Positions 48,106-58,326 of a stretch of 64,000 nt of DNA are shown here, in pieces. Every line of letters begins with the position of its first letter. The stretch's first letter is position 1. Origin of the DNA: Promethearchaeati archaeon SRVP18_Atabeyarchaeia-1 (GTDB taxonomy: Archaea; Asgardarchaeota; Atabeyarchaeia; Atabeyarchaeales; Atabeyarchaeaceae); the NCBI GenBank assembly GCA_037308085.1, contig CP147779.1, forward strand, positions 1,472,001 through 1,536,000, in the 5' to 3' direction. The notes beneath the pieces are model-generated. The model was not told where the DNA came from. It worked only from the letters and a program-made list of their open reading frames with translations, and made no database searches. A program made the translations under genes and the position numbers.

Positions 48106-49965
48106 ATGTCAGTCGAGAAGATAGTTGAAGGCATTCCTGAGTCGCCTGGCGTCTATCTCATGAAAGATGACCAAGGGCACGTGGTCTACGTTGGGAAGGC
48201 GAACAACATCCGAAAGAGGGTGATCTCACATTTCCGAAGCACGGAAAGCGTCAAGGATCTGACTCTCTCATCAGTCACTGCCAGCGTGGAGTTCATCGTC
48301 GCGCCAACCGAGGTTGAAGCACTTCTTCTCGAGAACAATCTTATCAAGAAGCTGAAACCTCGCTACAATATTCGCCTAAGAGACGACAAGACCTATCCCT
48401 TCATAAAGCTCTCCACGGCCGAGAAGTTTCCACATATCTCCATCGTCAGGAGAATAGCTGATGACGGCTCAATATACTTTGGCCCTATGGGTGACGTTGG
48501 AGGGGCAAGAACCACTCTGAAGCTCATCCGAAGAGTCTTCCCCATCCGAAACTGCACGAAGCCAATTGACGTAAGGGGAAAGAAGGAGAGACCGTGCTTA
48601 GAATACCAACTTAAACAATGCTCCGCCCCGTGCGCACAGCTGATCAGCGAAGATGAGTATCAAAGTCTCGTCGATGGCATTCGCAAGATTCTAAGCGGCG
48701 AACTTGACGAGTTAATGATTGAGTTCAAGAGAAGAATGGATGAGTCATCTCAGAAACTCGAATTCGAGAAAGCCGCTTACTACAGAGACAGAATCAAGGA
48801 CCTCGAGAGAACAACACTGAAACAGGTAATGGTATTCTCCGCAAAGATCTCAAAAGATGTGCTCGCAGTTGCCAAAGAGGGAGACGACGCATGCATCCAA
48901 CTTCTCATGATCCGAGGAGGAAAACTGATCGACCAATCACATTACCTCCTTGAGGGGGCAGGGGGAAGCTCTAACGAGGAGATTCTATCGGAATTCATAA
49001 ATCAACACTACCAGTCCGCGGCACCCTCATCGATTCCACAAGAGATCATGGTAGACAGAGACTTGGAGGAAAGGTCTCTCCTAGAGAAGTCCTTGACCAT
49101 GAGAAAGAAGAACATCCCCCAGGACGTTGGCGCTGGTCTCGTGAAGATAGTCATCCCGAGAACCGACGAGGATTCGAAGCTATATGAAATGGCGAAGAGC
49201 AATGCCAACGCGTACTTGAAACAGAGTCTCGACCAAGAGGAGAGAAGAAAGGTTAGAGCCCAACAAGCTCTTGCTGAGCTAAAAGTCAGGCTCAAATTGC
49301 CCAAAGTGCCTAGCAGAATAGAAGTCTTCGATGTATCAAACATTGGAGGAGAAGCGGCAGTCGGGTCAATGATAGCACTAGTCGACGGTGAGCCAGCGAA
49401 ATCCATGTACCGAAGATACAAGATCAGGACGGTTAGGGGACAAGATGACTTCGCTATGATGAAGGAGATCGTTAAGAGAAGATACAAGAGACTCCAGGAG
49501 CAAAAAGAAAAGAACGTTACGACCATGCCCGACTTGGTAATGGTTGACGGCGGAAAGGGACAACTTAGCGCGGCGCTAGAAGCGGAGAGGGAACTGGGGC
49601 TCTCAATACCTACAATTGGACTGGCAAAGGAGTTCGAGGACGTGTATGTTCCCTACCAGCCAAACCCAGTGGATATACCGAAAGATGCCAAGGCAATGCT
49701 CATCCTGAAAAGGGGAAGAGATGAAGCCCATAGATTTGCAGTGTCATATCATAGAAAGAAGATGAGGGAAAAGACACTAGAATCTATTCTGGACAACGTT
49801 CCTGGAATAGGACCAAAAAAGAAGATTCTTCTTCTTCAGAATTTCGATTCCGTTGAAAAGATCAGAATGGCAGAAGATCAGGAACTGTCACAAGTCCTTA
49901 AGGTAAGCAGGGAGACAGCGCGGAAACTAAGAGAGCATATCCTGCAAATGAGAAGAGAAGAATAG
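48106..49965 (+). CDS. uvrC: Excinuclease ABC subunit C
   Basis: PGVYLMKD...YVGKA (GIY-YIG), PRYNIRLRDDKTYP, LEFEKAA, RIEVFDVSN, DGGKGQL, RDEAHRFA, HhH. Confidence 0.97.
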   Translation: MSVEKIVEGIPESPGVYLMKDDQGHVVYVGKANNIRKRVISHFRSTESVKDLTLSSVTASVEFIVAPTEVEALLLENNLIKKLKPRYNIRLRDDKTYPFIKLSTAEKFPHISIVRRIADDGSIYFGPMGDVGGARTTLKLIRRVFPIRNCTKPIDVRGKKERPCLEYQLKQCSAPCAQLISEDEYQSLVDGIRKILSGELDELMIEFKRRMDESSQKLEFEKAAYYRDRIKDLERTTLKQVMVFSAKISKDVLAVAKEGDDACIQLLMIRGGKLIDQSHYLLEGAGGSSNEEILSEFINQHYQSAAPSSIPQEIMVDRDLEERSLLEKSLTMRKKNIPQDVGAGLVKIVIPRTDEDSKLYEMAKSNANAYLKQSLDQEERRKVRAQQALAELKVRLKLPKVPSRIEVFDVSNIGGEAAVGSMIALVDGEPAKSMYRRYKIRTVRGQDDFAMMKEIVKRRYKRLQEQKEKNVTTMPDLVMVDGGKGQLSAALEAERELGLSIPTIGLAKEFEDVYVPYQPNPVDIPKDAKAMLILKRGRDEAHRFAVSYHRKKMREKTLESILDNVPGIGPKKKILLLQNFDSVEKIRMAEDQELSQVLKVSRETARKLREHILQMRREE

Positions 49966-49987
49966 AAATCGGTTAGCTCTCCTTTAG

Positions 49988-50467
49988 CTAAACTATCTTG
50001 TAGATGTCCGGGAATAATGTCTGGAAATCTTGAATACTATCACTATTAATGATTACCATCTTTCTATTGCAGGCTAGGCAGACGGTTGTTCTCTCAGTCT
50101 CAACCGACGTGAAGGTCAGCTTAGGCTCGGAGCAGAATGGGCATTCGCCTCCCGACATGAGAAGCTTCCCAACAAACTCTTTGCCGCTATTCGGCTTTAT
50201 CCTCACCTTGTCGGAATCGACTATTTGTGCGCTTTTTACTATCTCTTTGACTAGTATCATACTTCTCTCTTGGAAGTGATACTCGTGCTGACTTGTCACG
50301 TCCTGAACCAAGTCCTTAGTGGTGCTCCTCATCTTGTCCCACATTGAGGTCGGGCAGATAAGCAGATGGCTGTCAACTCGGATGAGGTGATAAGCTTTCT
50401 TCATTAGCTCAACAAGTCTGTCTGGAACCCTTGTATCAACCGCCACGATTCTCATCGGATTCAACAC
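49988..50467 (-). CDS. Hypothetical protein with C-terminal zinc ribbon
   Basis: CPFC...CLAC. Confidence 0.55.
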   Translation of the reverse strand: MLNPMRIVAVDTRVPDRLVELMKKAYHLIRVDSHLLICPTSMWDKMRSTTKDLVQDVTSQHEYHFQERSMILVKEIVKSAQIVDSDKVRIKPNSGKEFVGKLLMSGGECPFCSEPKLTFTSVETERTTVCLACNRKMVIINSDSIQDFQTLFPDIYKIV

Positions 50468-50712
50468 TCGCGATTTTGGGATTTTCCGTGGGACTAGCCA
50501 AACACAATGGAGTCCATCTTAGATATAAAATCAAGCTTGATGTAATAAACTGAACCACTCGTTCTCTGCGAATTGCGCAACACAATTAACGCCAAGATTG
50601 AAGAGATTTATTCCGTGTTTTTCAAAAGAGCCGGAAGATAGGGAGCCCCATACGCCTCAATGAGTCTCCCCATCATGCCCAACAGAGGACGGTGGCGTCC
50701 TTTTCTTGGGTG

Positions 50713-51939
50713 CTAGATTTGTGGTGCATCCTTGCCTTCGTACTTCAGTCGGAATCCCGTGTCTTTGTTGGCGCACTCCTTGATTACGGCCGCGCCTGAC
50801 ACTATCCTCTGCACCTCATTCGTACCTTCGTAGATCTGAAGGAGCTTTGCTCCCCGCATTAGTTCTTCAAGTGGATACTCCTTCATGTACCCATAGCCAC
50901 CCATTATCTGCATGGCGTCCACGGCGTTCTGCATTGCTGAGTCTCCTGCGAAGGTTTTCGCGAACGCTGACTCCTTAGAGTTCGGCAACTTGTGATCTGC
51001 TAGCCAAGCAGCGTAACGCGTGAGCCAACGGGCTGCCTCTGCTCTGCAAGCCATGTCAGCGATCTTGAAGCTTATTCCCTCGAAGTTAGAGATGGGCTGT
51101 CCGAACTGTTTTCTTACGCTTGTGAACTTGGCTGCCTCGTCAACAGCCCTCTGGCAAACGCCAGTCGCTATCGCACCGATGGCTGCCCGCGTCTTGTCCA
51201 AGGTCATCATAGCAAGCTTGAATCCTATACCTTCTTCACCGACAAGGCAGTCCTTCGGAACTCTTACATCCTTAAAGATGACTTCGCTTTGAACCGAAGC
51301 TTTCTGCCCCATCTTGTGTTCAATGTGCCCAATCGAGACACCAGGCAAGTCAGCTGGGACCATGAAGACTGATATGCCTTTGTGTTTCAATGTCGGGTTA
51401 GTTGAGGCGAACACTGAGAACAGAGATGCGACTGGTGCGCTCGTGATGAAACACTTCATCCCGTTTATGACATATTCGTCTCCAACCTTGTCGGCTTTGG
51501 TCTGGACGCTAGCAGCGTCGGATCCAGACATTCTCTCAGTTAGGCCAAAGCCAGCTAGCTTCACCTGCTTTCCAGTTACGAGAGGCTTGATGTACTTCTT
51601 CAGCTGATCCATGTTTGCGCCAAGTAGGATCGGGGCAAATGCAAGGTTGTTGCAGGCAACAGAAGTCGCCACCCCCGCGTCTCCATATCCAACTGCCTCC
51701 GTAACTAGGGTTTCCTCAACGAGCGTTCTCTCAGGTCCACCAGCGGCTCTTGGCACGTGAAGATTCATTAGTCCCATTTCATAGGCCTTTTGGATCACTT
51801 CCATAGGGAAGTCGTCCTTGTCGTCCAATTCTAGGGCCATGGGCGTAACGTACTTGTAGGTGTACTCCTCAGCCTTCTTTTTTATCTCCAACTCTTTTTC
51901 ATTTAGAGCGAAATCCACCAACTGATAACCAACCTCCAT
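50713..51939 (-). CDS. Acyl-CoA dehydrogenase
   Basis: FGLTERMSGSD, NGMKCFIT, KMGQKAS, RKQFGQPI, GGYGY, IYEGTNEVQR. Confidence 0.95.
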   Translation of the reverse strand: MEVGYQLVDFALNEKELEIKKKAEEYTYKYVTPMALELDDKDDFPMEVIQKAYEMGLMNLHVPRAAGGPERTLVEETLVTEAVGYGDAGVATSVACNNLAFAPILLGANMDQLKKYIKPLVTGKQVKLAGFGLTERMSGSDAASVQTKADKVGDEYVINGMKCFITSAPVASLFSVFASTNPTLKHKGISVFMVPADLPGVSIGHIEHKMGQKASVQSEVIFKDVRVPKDCLVGEEGIGFKLAMMTLDKTRAAIGAIATGVCQRAVDEAAKFTSVRKQFGQPISNFEGISFKIADMACRAEAARWLTRYAAWLADHKLPNSKESAFAKTFAGDSAMQNAVDAMQIMGGYGYMKEYPLEELMRGAKLLQIYEGTNEVQRIVSGAAVIKECANKDTGFRLKYEGKDAPQI

Positions 51940-52170
51940 CTAAGCTGATTCTATGAGAAGGTGATATGCAATCTATCTATGGCGCAACGCGTCATGCAAT
52001 ATGCCATGAATCGTTTTCAATTTATCTTCCTTTTAAACGTTTACCATGAAGAGAAGTGATGTGTCAAAGCTTCAAAGTAGGCGGAGCGTCTGCAGAATCA
52101 GGTTTCATTGCTGCCTCCATTCTCAGCCAGCCAGTAAGCAACTGTCTACATGTTTCTCGGCCAAAGTGGT

Positions 52171-52827
52171 TTACCGCTTCGGCAGAGACTGGAAAACTGA
52201 GAGTACTGATGCCTGAACCTCGTCTATCGAGCGCGAACCGTCTATGTCCTTGAGGAGTTTCCGTTTAGCATAGAACTTGAGAAGGGGTTTTGTCTGATCT
52301 GAATAGACCTTCAGTCTCTTCTTGACCACATCTTCCTTGTCATCGTCGCGTTGAATGAGTTCGCCGCCGCAGGTATCGCATTTACCGTCGACTTTGGGTC
52401 GGTTAAGAAGGAGGCTGTAGACGGAATTGCACGATTTGCATACTCGTCTTGAGATGGATCTTTTGATTATCTCCTTGTCTTTGACTTTCAGGTTGATCAC
52501 TTGGGTCACAGGAGTTCCTCTCTTCTCAAGTAGCTTCTCCAGCGCGTCTGCTTGTGCAATGGTTCTTGGAAAACCATCCAGAATGAATCCATTTGAACAG
52601 TCTTTCTCCTTGATTCTTTCGTCAATTATGCCTATCACAATTTCATCCGGAACTAATCCGCCGCTATTCATATAGGATTGCGCTTCCCTGCCGAGACTTG
52701 TTCCACGTTTAACTGCATCTCGAAGAATGTCTCCCGTCGATATCTGAGGAGTATTGAATTTCTCTGAGAGGAATTTGGCCTGGGTTCCTTTACCAGCGCC
52801 TGGAGGACCGAACATGATAATCACCAT
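52171..52827 (-). CDS. adk: Adenylate kinase (long, zinc-lid type)
   Basis: GPPGAGKGTQ, ISTGDILR, LDGFPRT, CKSC...CDTC lid, QRDDD. Confidence 0.95.
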   Translation of the reverse strand: MVIIMFGPPGAGKGTQAKFLSEKFNTPQISTGDILRDAVKRGTSLGREAQSYMNSGGLVPDEIVIGIIDERIKEKDCSNGFILDGFPRTIAQADALEKLLEKRGTPVTQVINLKVKDKEIIKRSISRRVCKSCNSVYSLLLNRPKVDGKCDTCGGELIQRDDDKEDVVKKRLKVYSDQTKPLLKFYAKRKLLKDIDGSRSIDEVQASVLSVFQSLPKR

Positions 52828-53108
52828 CTGCAATTTCCAAAAACGCCCCCTTGAAATGCAGTTCTGCAAGGTACATAGAAAATCTCGTCACATATTGACT
52901 CTATCCATTTTTCATAACGCGAGAACAGAGAGGAGTAGAATGCATAAGCAATATAAAGCTTGGCGAAACGCAGAGAGTTTCAGGTTTTCATGCTCTACCT
53001 TTACAAGACACCTACACCGATTACTTCCTGTGTGCTAGGGGGATCGACTGGCATCTCGACTATCTTATATCTTGATGACCCAATAGAGGTAGTTGAGGGT
53101 GAGTATTC

Positions 53109-54257
53109 TTGGCAGAAGATGCTGAAATCCTAACCAAGCACATAGAATCACTGAGCAAGCATTTAGCTGACATGAAGTCAAAGGTCAAAGTCACAATCAT
53201 GCCAGATTTCTTCTTTGATCACCTCATCTTTTTCGACGGCTCATTCAAGTCTCTTCAGGAGCAGATTGAAACTGTCGCCAACCAAGGTGGAGGTAACATC
53301 CCTTCCACCACTCAATGTGTAATGCGCGGGGGGAATTCCGTCAACTGCGTATCGGCGCTGGCTGTTCTCGGCGCCCAGGTCACATTTATCGGTCGTACAA
53401 GCGGTCTGGGTCTGCATCTTCTCAAGTACTTACTTCCGTACGAGAATGTTGATCTATCAGGCGTGAAGACAGATGGAGAGCTAGCTTTGACTGTGGCTCT
53501 AGAGGCCAAGGTCGGGGGGCGCAGATCAAACGTTATGTTGAACTATCCGGGCTCGGTTTCGGATTTTGGACCAGAATCTCTAACGGGGGAAGACTGGGAG
53601 AAGATACTCGGGGCTGATATGGTTTGTTGCTTCAACTGGCTGCAAAACAGGAAAGGGACAAAGCTGGCTGAGGCAGTATTCAGAAAGACGAAAGCTGAGG
53701 GCGGGGGCAAAACATACTTCGACACATGCGACCCATCCTCTAGAAGCAAGGACATCGATGAAGTGATGAAAGGAGTTCTAAAGAAGCCTTTTGTCGACAT
53801 CTTCGGAATGAATGAGAACGAAGCATGCTGGTTCGCGGCGTACTTCGACAAATCATTCAGCAAAAGAAGAAAGACACAGAACCCGAACAAACTAGCGATT
53901 GAAGCTGCAGCGCTTCTATTCGACAAGCTCAAGCTAAGAATAGATCTTCACACCATAGACTACGCAGCCACATTCTCGCAGGGCAATAGGTTTGTGGCTC
54001 CCGGCTTCGACGTCAAGGTCGGGCGTGTAACCGGAGCCGGCGACGCTTGGAATGCAGGTAACATATTCGGGGAACTCGCCGGCATGCCTCACATCGAGCG
54101 GCTCCTTCTTGCAAACGCTGCCGCAGCATACTACATCGAGAACTCTGAAGGAAAGCACGCGACAAGGGAAGATCTTCTCAGCTTCCTGCAAAAGGCGAAG
54201 GCGAAAGCGATCCGCGTTGAGAGCATCATTGAAGGCGAGAAGACAAGCCCAGGATAA
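53109..54257 (+). CDS. PfkB family carbohydrate kinase
   Basis: GGNSVN, NENEA, TGAGDAWNAG. Confidence 0.88.
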   Translation: MAEDAEILTKHIESLSKHLADMKSKVKVTIMPDFFFDHLIFFDGSFKSLQEQIETVANQGGGNIPSTTQCVMRGGNSVNCVSALAVLGAQVTFIGRTSGLGLHLLKYLLPYENVDLSGVKTDGELALTVALEAKVGGRRSNVMLNYPGSVSDFGPESLTGEDWEKILGADMVCCFNWLQNRKGTKLAEAVFRKTKAEGGGKTYFDTCDPSSRSKDIDEVMKGVLKKPFVDIFGMNENEACWFAAYFDKSFSKRRKTQNPNKLAIEAAALLFDKLKLRIDLHTIDYAATFSQGNRFVAPGFDVKVGRVTGAGDAWNAGNIFGELAGMPHIERLLLANAAAAYYIENSEGKHATREDLLSFLQKAKAKAIRVESIIEGEKTSPG

Positions 54258-54350
54258 GAAATGCCCCCAAGAGGCTATCTTGCCAATTTCAATCTGCAAG
54301 CGCAGCAGAGATGCGCCTACCCACAACCATCCAAGGTTGGTCAGTTCAAA

Positions 54351-55192
54351 ATGAAGAGCGCCGAAGAGTTCTATGCGGCAAATAGGAGCAAATGGCATGC
54401 TTGGCTTCAGAAGAACCACAAAGCCAAGACAGAGGTCTGGCTAGTCTTCTAGGTTCTGTCGAGTCTTCGGTTGAAGGCCCAACTGAGTAGCATCGACTAG
54501 GCGGATTACCCTTCCTTCGGAACAGGGGTTCCGTTACCATCGCTTCACCTGCTACCCCCAGCAGGCTGAACCGCAACCCTGCGCCTATCTGCTGCCTCTG
54601 TTCCTCTCCCGTATTCGGCTATAAAGCTACATGTCGCGGGAATGAGGAAATGCCTGGGGTCTACTACCGTTTTCCGATATATAAATCAACCATAGACTCG
54701 ACAGCACCGTCTTTCTACAAGAAAGAGACTGGCAAGGCCAGCATACCATATGATGAGTCAGTTGAAGAGGCATTATGCTTTGGTTGGATTGACAGCATAA
54801 TAAGGAAGATGGATGAACAGAGGTTTGCTCGCAGATTCACGCCCAGAGACTCGAGTAGCCGATGGTCTAAACTGAACATGGAGCGGGCAGAGAAGATGAT
54901 GAAGGAAGGGAAAATGGAGGAGCTGGGAATGTCTAAGATAATGGATGCAAAGAAAACTGGAGAATGGTGCTCTTCTGCGTCGCCACCAGGAAAGCTTGAA
55001 ACCCCTCTGTTCATGAAAGAAGCGCTCGCTGAAAACGAGAAAGCCTCAAGGAACTTCGATAATCTGGCGGAGTCCTACAAACGGCAGTATATCGCATGGG
55101 TCGCGAATGCAAGAAGGAATGAGACTCGAAGGAGGCGCCTCGCCGAAGCTATCGAACATCTTGGAAAAGGCGAGAAACTGGGCATGAAGTAG
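54351..55192 (+). pseudogene. YdeI/OmpD-associated family gene interrupted by a MITE
   Basis: MKSAEEFYAANRSKWHAWLQKNH...VWLVF|YKK...YDESVEEALCFGWIDS...RFTPR...WSKLN; continuous once 54452-54717 is removed. Confidence 0.85.
54452..54708. mobile_element. 257-bp MITE with IS6-like terminal inverted repeats
   Basis: TIRs GGTTCTGTCGAGTCTTCGGTTGA / TCAACCATAGACTCGACAGCACC (20/23 match); flanked by GTCTTCTA (54444-54451) and GTCTTTCTA (54709-54717), i.e. an 8-bp TSD with +1 T. Confidence 0.85.
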
Positions 55193-55196
55193 AGAC

Positions 55197-56648
55197 CTAT
55201 GAGATATCAAGTATTTCCTTCACGAGCTTCTTCTTATCTTCGAGATTCGCTTGTCTGGCAATCATGATTCTCTGTGCCTGGGGTGAGCCAGCTCCATGCA
55301 AGGATTCGGTCTTGTAACTCAGCGAGGCCACACCCATCGAGATGTTTTCCAGGAATCTCAGAAGCTTGTATCGGTCCTGTGGAGACACATTGTCGCAGGT
55401 TGAGAGATACTTCTTCACCAGCGGACCAATCTTCGGGTCATCAAAATCTGCTTGGGAGGGCATTGTACAGATGATGCCTCCGGCAAGATCTTCTGCCAAT
55501 CGGCTGATCTCATAGGGAAACCTGGTGACATTCTGCTTATTGACATTGGCAAGCAACATGTCCATTTCATAGTTACCCGCCTCTCTTTGAAAACCCTTGA
55601 CGCTGCATGCGAGGCTGCAGCTGAAAAGAGTTTCATTCAGATGAACCATTTCCACGAGTTTCTCTCTCACATGTGGAGCGTCTTCAACACCGTTGTACTG
55701 TGCGCTCAAGGCGGCTGCGCCAATCAGCACATCCCCCACGCCAGTCTTGCAGGCATAGGATTGCCTGTGAAAGCCCGCAAACCTGTTGACCAGCTCACCG
55801 GTGAATTCAACCTCCCCTTGCATGAACACTTGTTCACGTGGAATGAATACGTCATCAAAGATCACGAATATCTCCTGTCCACCATACTTCCAGTTGCCAA
55901 CGTCAAGCTTGTTTTCCTCCATTTTCCGAGTATCAGATGTCTGCCTCCCATAGATCATAGTGATTCCCTTTTCATTCGTATCAACTCCAAAGCTTACGGC
56001 ATATTCCTCTTCTCCTGGTCTCATAGCTAGTGTCGGCATCACAATTGCCCGGTGAGAATTCAAGAAGCCAGTCTGATGAACCTTCGCGCCACGCACTACG
56101 ATACCATCATCGTTCGAATCCACAATGTGAAGATATGCATCCGGATCAGTTTGCTTACTTGGCCTCTTGCTTCTATCTCCTTTCGTGTCAGTCATCGATC
56201 CAGCCACAAACAAATCCTGTGTCTGCACTTGGGTCCAGTATCGTTTGAATCTCTCATGGTAGCTTGAGCCACGTTTCTGGTCAATGTCCCAAGTTATGCT
56301 GTAAAGGGCGTTTGCCGCGTCGAAACCGACGCAACGCTGGAAGCAGCACGCAGTCTTCTGCCCAATCAACCGCTGCATTTCCACCTTTTTGACCAAATCA
56401 TCCACTGACTGGTGGATATGCGTGAACCTGTTTATGGTTTCACCAGTCAGGTTTGATTTTACTGTCATCAGATTCCTGTACTGGTCCATCTGCGCAAGTT
56501 CGTAGGTCTTTTTCGCAGAGTTGATCGAGGGCTCCATAATCTTGTAGTATGGGTGCTTCCAAAACTGGGTAATCTTTTCCCCGAACATGTAGAGGTTTAC
56601 TTCTCTTCTAATGCTCTGCAAGTACTCCTCTGGTGTCTTTAGCGGCAT
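55197..56648 (-). CDS. abfD: 4-hydroxybutyryl-CoA dehydratase (HpaB/AbfD family)
   Basis: TACCFQRCVGFDA, MTDTKGDRS, VRGAKVHQTG, FHRQSYACKTG, ESLHGAGSPQAQ. Confidence 0.85.
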   Translation of the reverse strand: MPLKTPEEYLQSIRREVNLYMFGEKITQFWKHPYYKIMEPSINSAKKTYELAQMDQYRNLMTVKSNLTGETINRFTHIHQSVDDLVKKVEMQRLIGQKTACCFQRCVGFDAANALYSITWDIDQKRGSSYHERFKRYWTQVQTQDLFVAGSMTDTKGDRSKRPSKQTDPDAYLHIVDSNDDGIVVRGAKVHQTGFLNSHRAIVMPTLAMRPGEEEYAVSFGVDTNEKGITMIYGRQTSDTRKMEENKLDVGNWKYGGQEIFVIFDDVFIPREQVFMQGEVEFTGELVNRFAGFHRQSYACKTGVGDVLIGAAALSAQYNGVEDAPHVREKLVEMVHLNETLFSCSLACSVKGFQREAGNYEMDMLLANVNKQNVTRFPYEISRLAEDLAGGIICTMPSQADFDDPKIGPLVKKYLSTCDNVSPQDRYKLLRFLENISMGVASLSYKTESLHGAGSPQAQRIMIARQANLEDKKKLVKEILDIS

Positions 56649-56784
56649 GTTTGACCACTCAGCTCAAAACACTTCCATTGTATGAGACTAATGATATTCT
56701 CTTAAATCTCGCGCTGTGCTTATTGTTCATTGGCTCCAGCGTCTAGCTAGGATGTTGGCACGTTGAGCTAGCGGGGTGCAGTGA

Positions 56785-57234
56785 ATGGGTGCGGAAGGAA
56801 ATCATGCTTGGAAAAGGTTCGTGTTGCATGAACATAGGGCCAAAAGGGCCGGGCTGCATTATGATCTAAGGTTAGAATGGGATGGTCAGTCAGTAATGTC
56901 CTTCGCAATGCGCCACTCCCCTCCGACGGAGTCCGGGGTCAAGCGACTTGCCATAGAGCAACCGCTTCACAGGGGCGCTGCGAGGCAGGGCAGGCTGCTC
57001 GTTGAGGTCGATCCCAGGCACACGTCTCTGTCGTGCCCCTACTGTGGATACACAGGTAGGTCGAACCAGGTTGGCTACTCCTACTTCAGGTGCAGGGCAT
57101 GCGGCTTCGAGGCGAACCGTGACCGCTTGGCGAGCCTCAACATCGCCCTCAGGGCGGCCCAAACAAAAGACACATCCAGCACCTACAAGATGGGCCAGTT
57201 TCCTGGGGGGAGCGCCTCCGTCAGTACGTGCTGA
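56785..57234 (+). pseudogene. Chimeric relic: LigD 3'-phosphoesterase N-terminus joined to a TnpB C-terminal zinc ribbon
   Basis: RFVLHEHRAKRAGLHYDLRLE...KRLAIE then VEVDPRHTSLSCPYCG...FRCRACGFEANRDRLASLNI. Confidence 0.7.
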
Positions 57235-57382
57235 CAATTGCTGTGTGTCAGTAGGCAACCTTCCTTTCTAACTCCTGCAGCTTACTCATGCGCACCCAAT
57301 GGGGGTTGATATGTCTTATTACACTGAGCTCTAAGCACCCATTGCTTCGGATGATTCGCATAAGGTTACTTATCGCATCTTT

Positions 57383-58231
57383 TCATAGTTCCGTGTCCTT
57401 TTCTCGTGATTTGCTCCAAAGGTAGAACCAAGCTCCGGCGTTAAACCTCGCTGCCGGCAGATTTTTGTCTCTTATCTCTTTGTTCATCATGGAGAACGCA
57501 ATCTTCGCTATCCAAGTGTCGATAGGCTGCCCGTATATCTGATCGTCGATCGAGATCTTCGCCTCCAAATCATAAAGCAGTGTTATGTCTCTCAGCAGGA
57601 AGGATGATATTTTTGGTCCAATGGAGACGATGGAATTTAACTGATTGTAAGCTTTCTCGATATCGCCCTCTTCAATCATTCTCTTGCAGTATTTGACAAT
57701 ATTTCTTTCCGGGATCTCAGTAGCAAACGAAAGCAAATTCAAGACCATCAATCTATCCCTTTCCCTTCCAGTGCTGTTTTCCGTACCAGAGCGTCCTTTC
57801 TCCAGTTCTTTGATGATTGGGTTTCCCCTCGCTACTTCTTCTTGGTAGATCTTATGGGCCTTCTTTTTCTTCTTGTGGGTTTTCACGTACTTGTCAAATG
57901 ATGCCATGTCAAGAAATCCTTGCTTCTTCAAACTGTTAATTCTATCTTCGATCTCCGCGTTGATGTTACCGAAGAACCTCTTCAGGATTGCGAAGGTGCT
58001 TGACTCGAACTTTGAAGACAACTCATCCCTTCTTCCTTGCGCAAAGCATCTTCCGCAAAAGAACCTGAATGCGATCCACCAATCATTCAGCAGGCTTCTG
58101 TTGGTCCATCCCTTCCTCTTGATCTCCTCGTCCAAGTTGATCCTCTTGTACTTGTTCCCGTACTCGGCGACCTTGTCGAACCCCATTTTCAAAATGTCCT
58201 CAACTTCGAGAACCGATTTGTCCATATACAC
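57383..58231 (-). CDS. HhH-GPD-like DNA glycosylase/lyase-fold protein
   Basis: LNSIVSIGPKISSFLLRD (HhH with Lys) followed by QPIDTWI (catalytic Asp position). Confidence 0.55.
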   Translation of the reverse strand: MYMDKSVLEVEDILKMGFDKVAEYGNKYKRINLDEEIKRKGWTNRSLLNDWWIAFRFFCGRCFAQGRRDELSSKFESSTFAILKRFFGNINAEIEDRINSLKKQGFLDMASFDKYVKTHKKKKKAHKIYQEEVARGNPIIKELEKGRSGTENSTGRERDRLMVLNLLSFATEIPERNIVKYCKRMIEEGDIEKAYNQLNSIVSIGPKISSFLLRDITLLYDLEAKISIDDQIYGQPIDTWIAKIAFSMMNKEIRDKNLPAARFNAGAWFYLWSKSREKDTEL

Positions 58232-58326
58232 ACCTCCAAATAGCCTCGAAACGTCACGCTAACTGTGCATGAACAGTTATGCCGAACACCATTGGGGACT
58301 CTTGGTGAATGTTCGAGTGAGGATCG

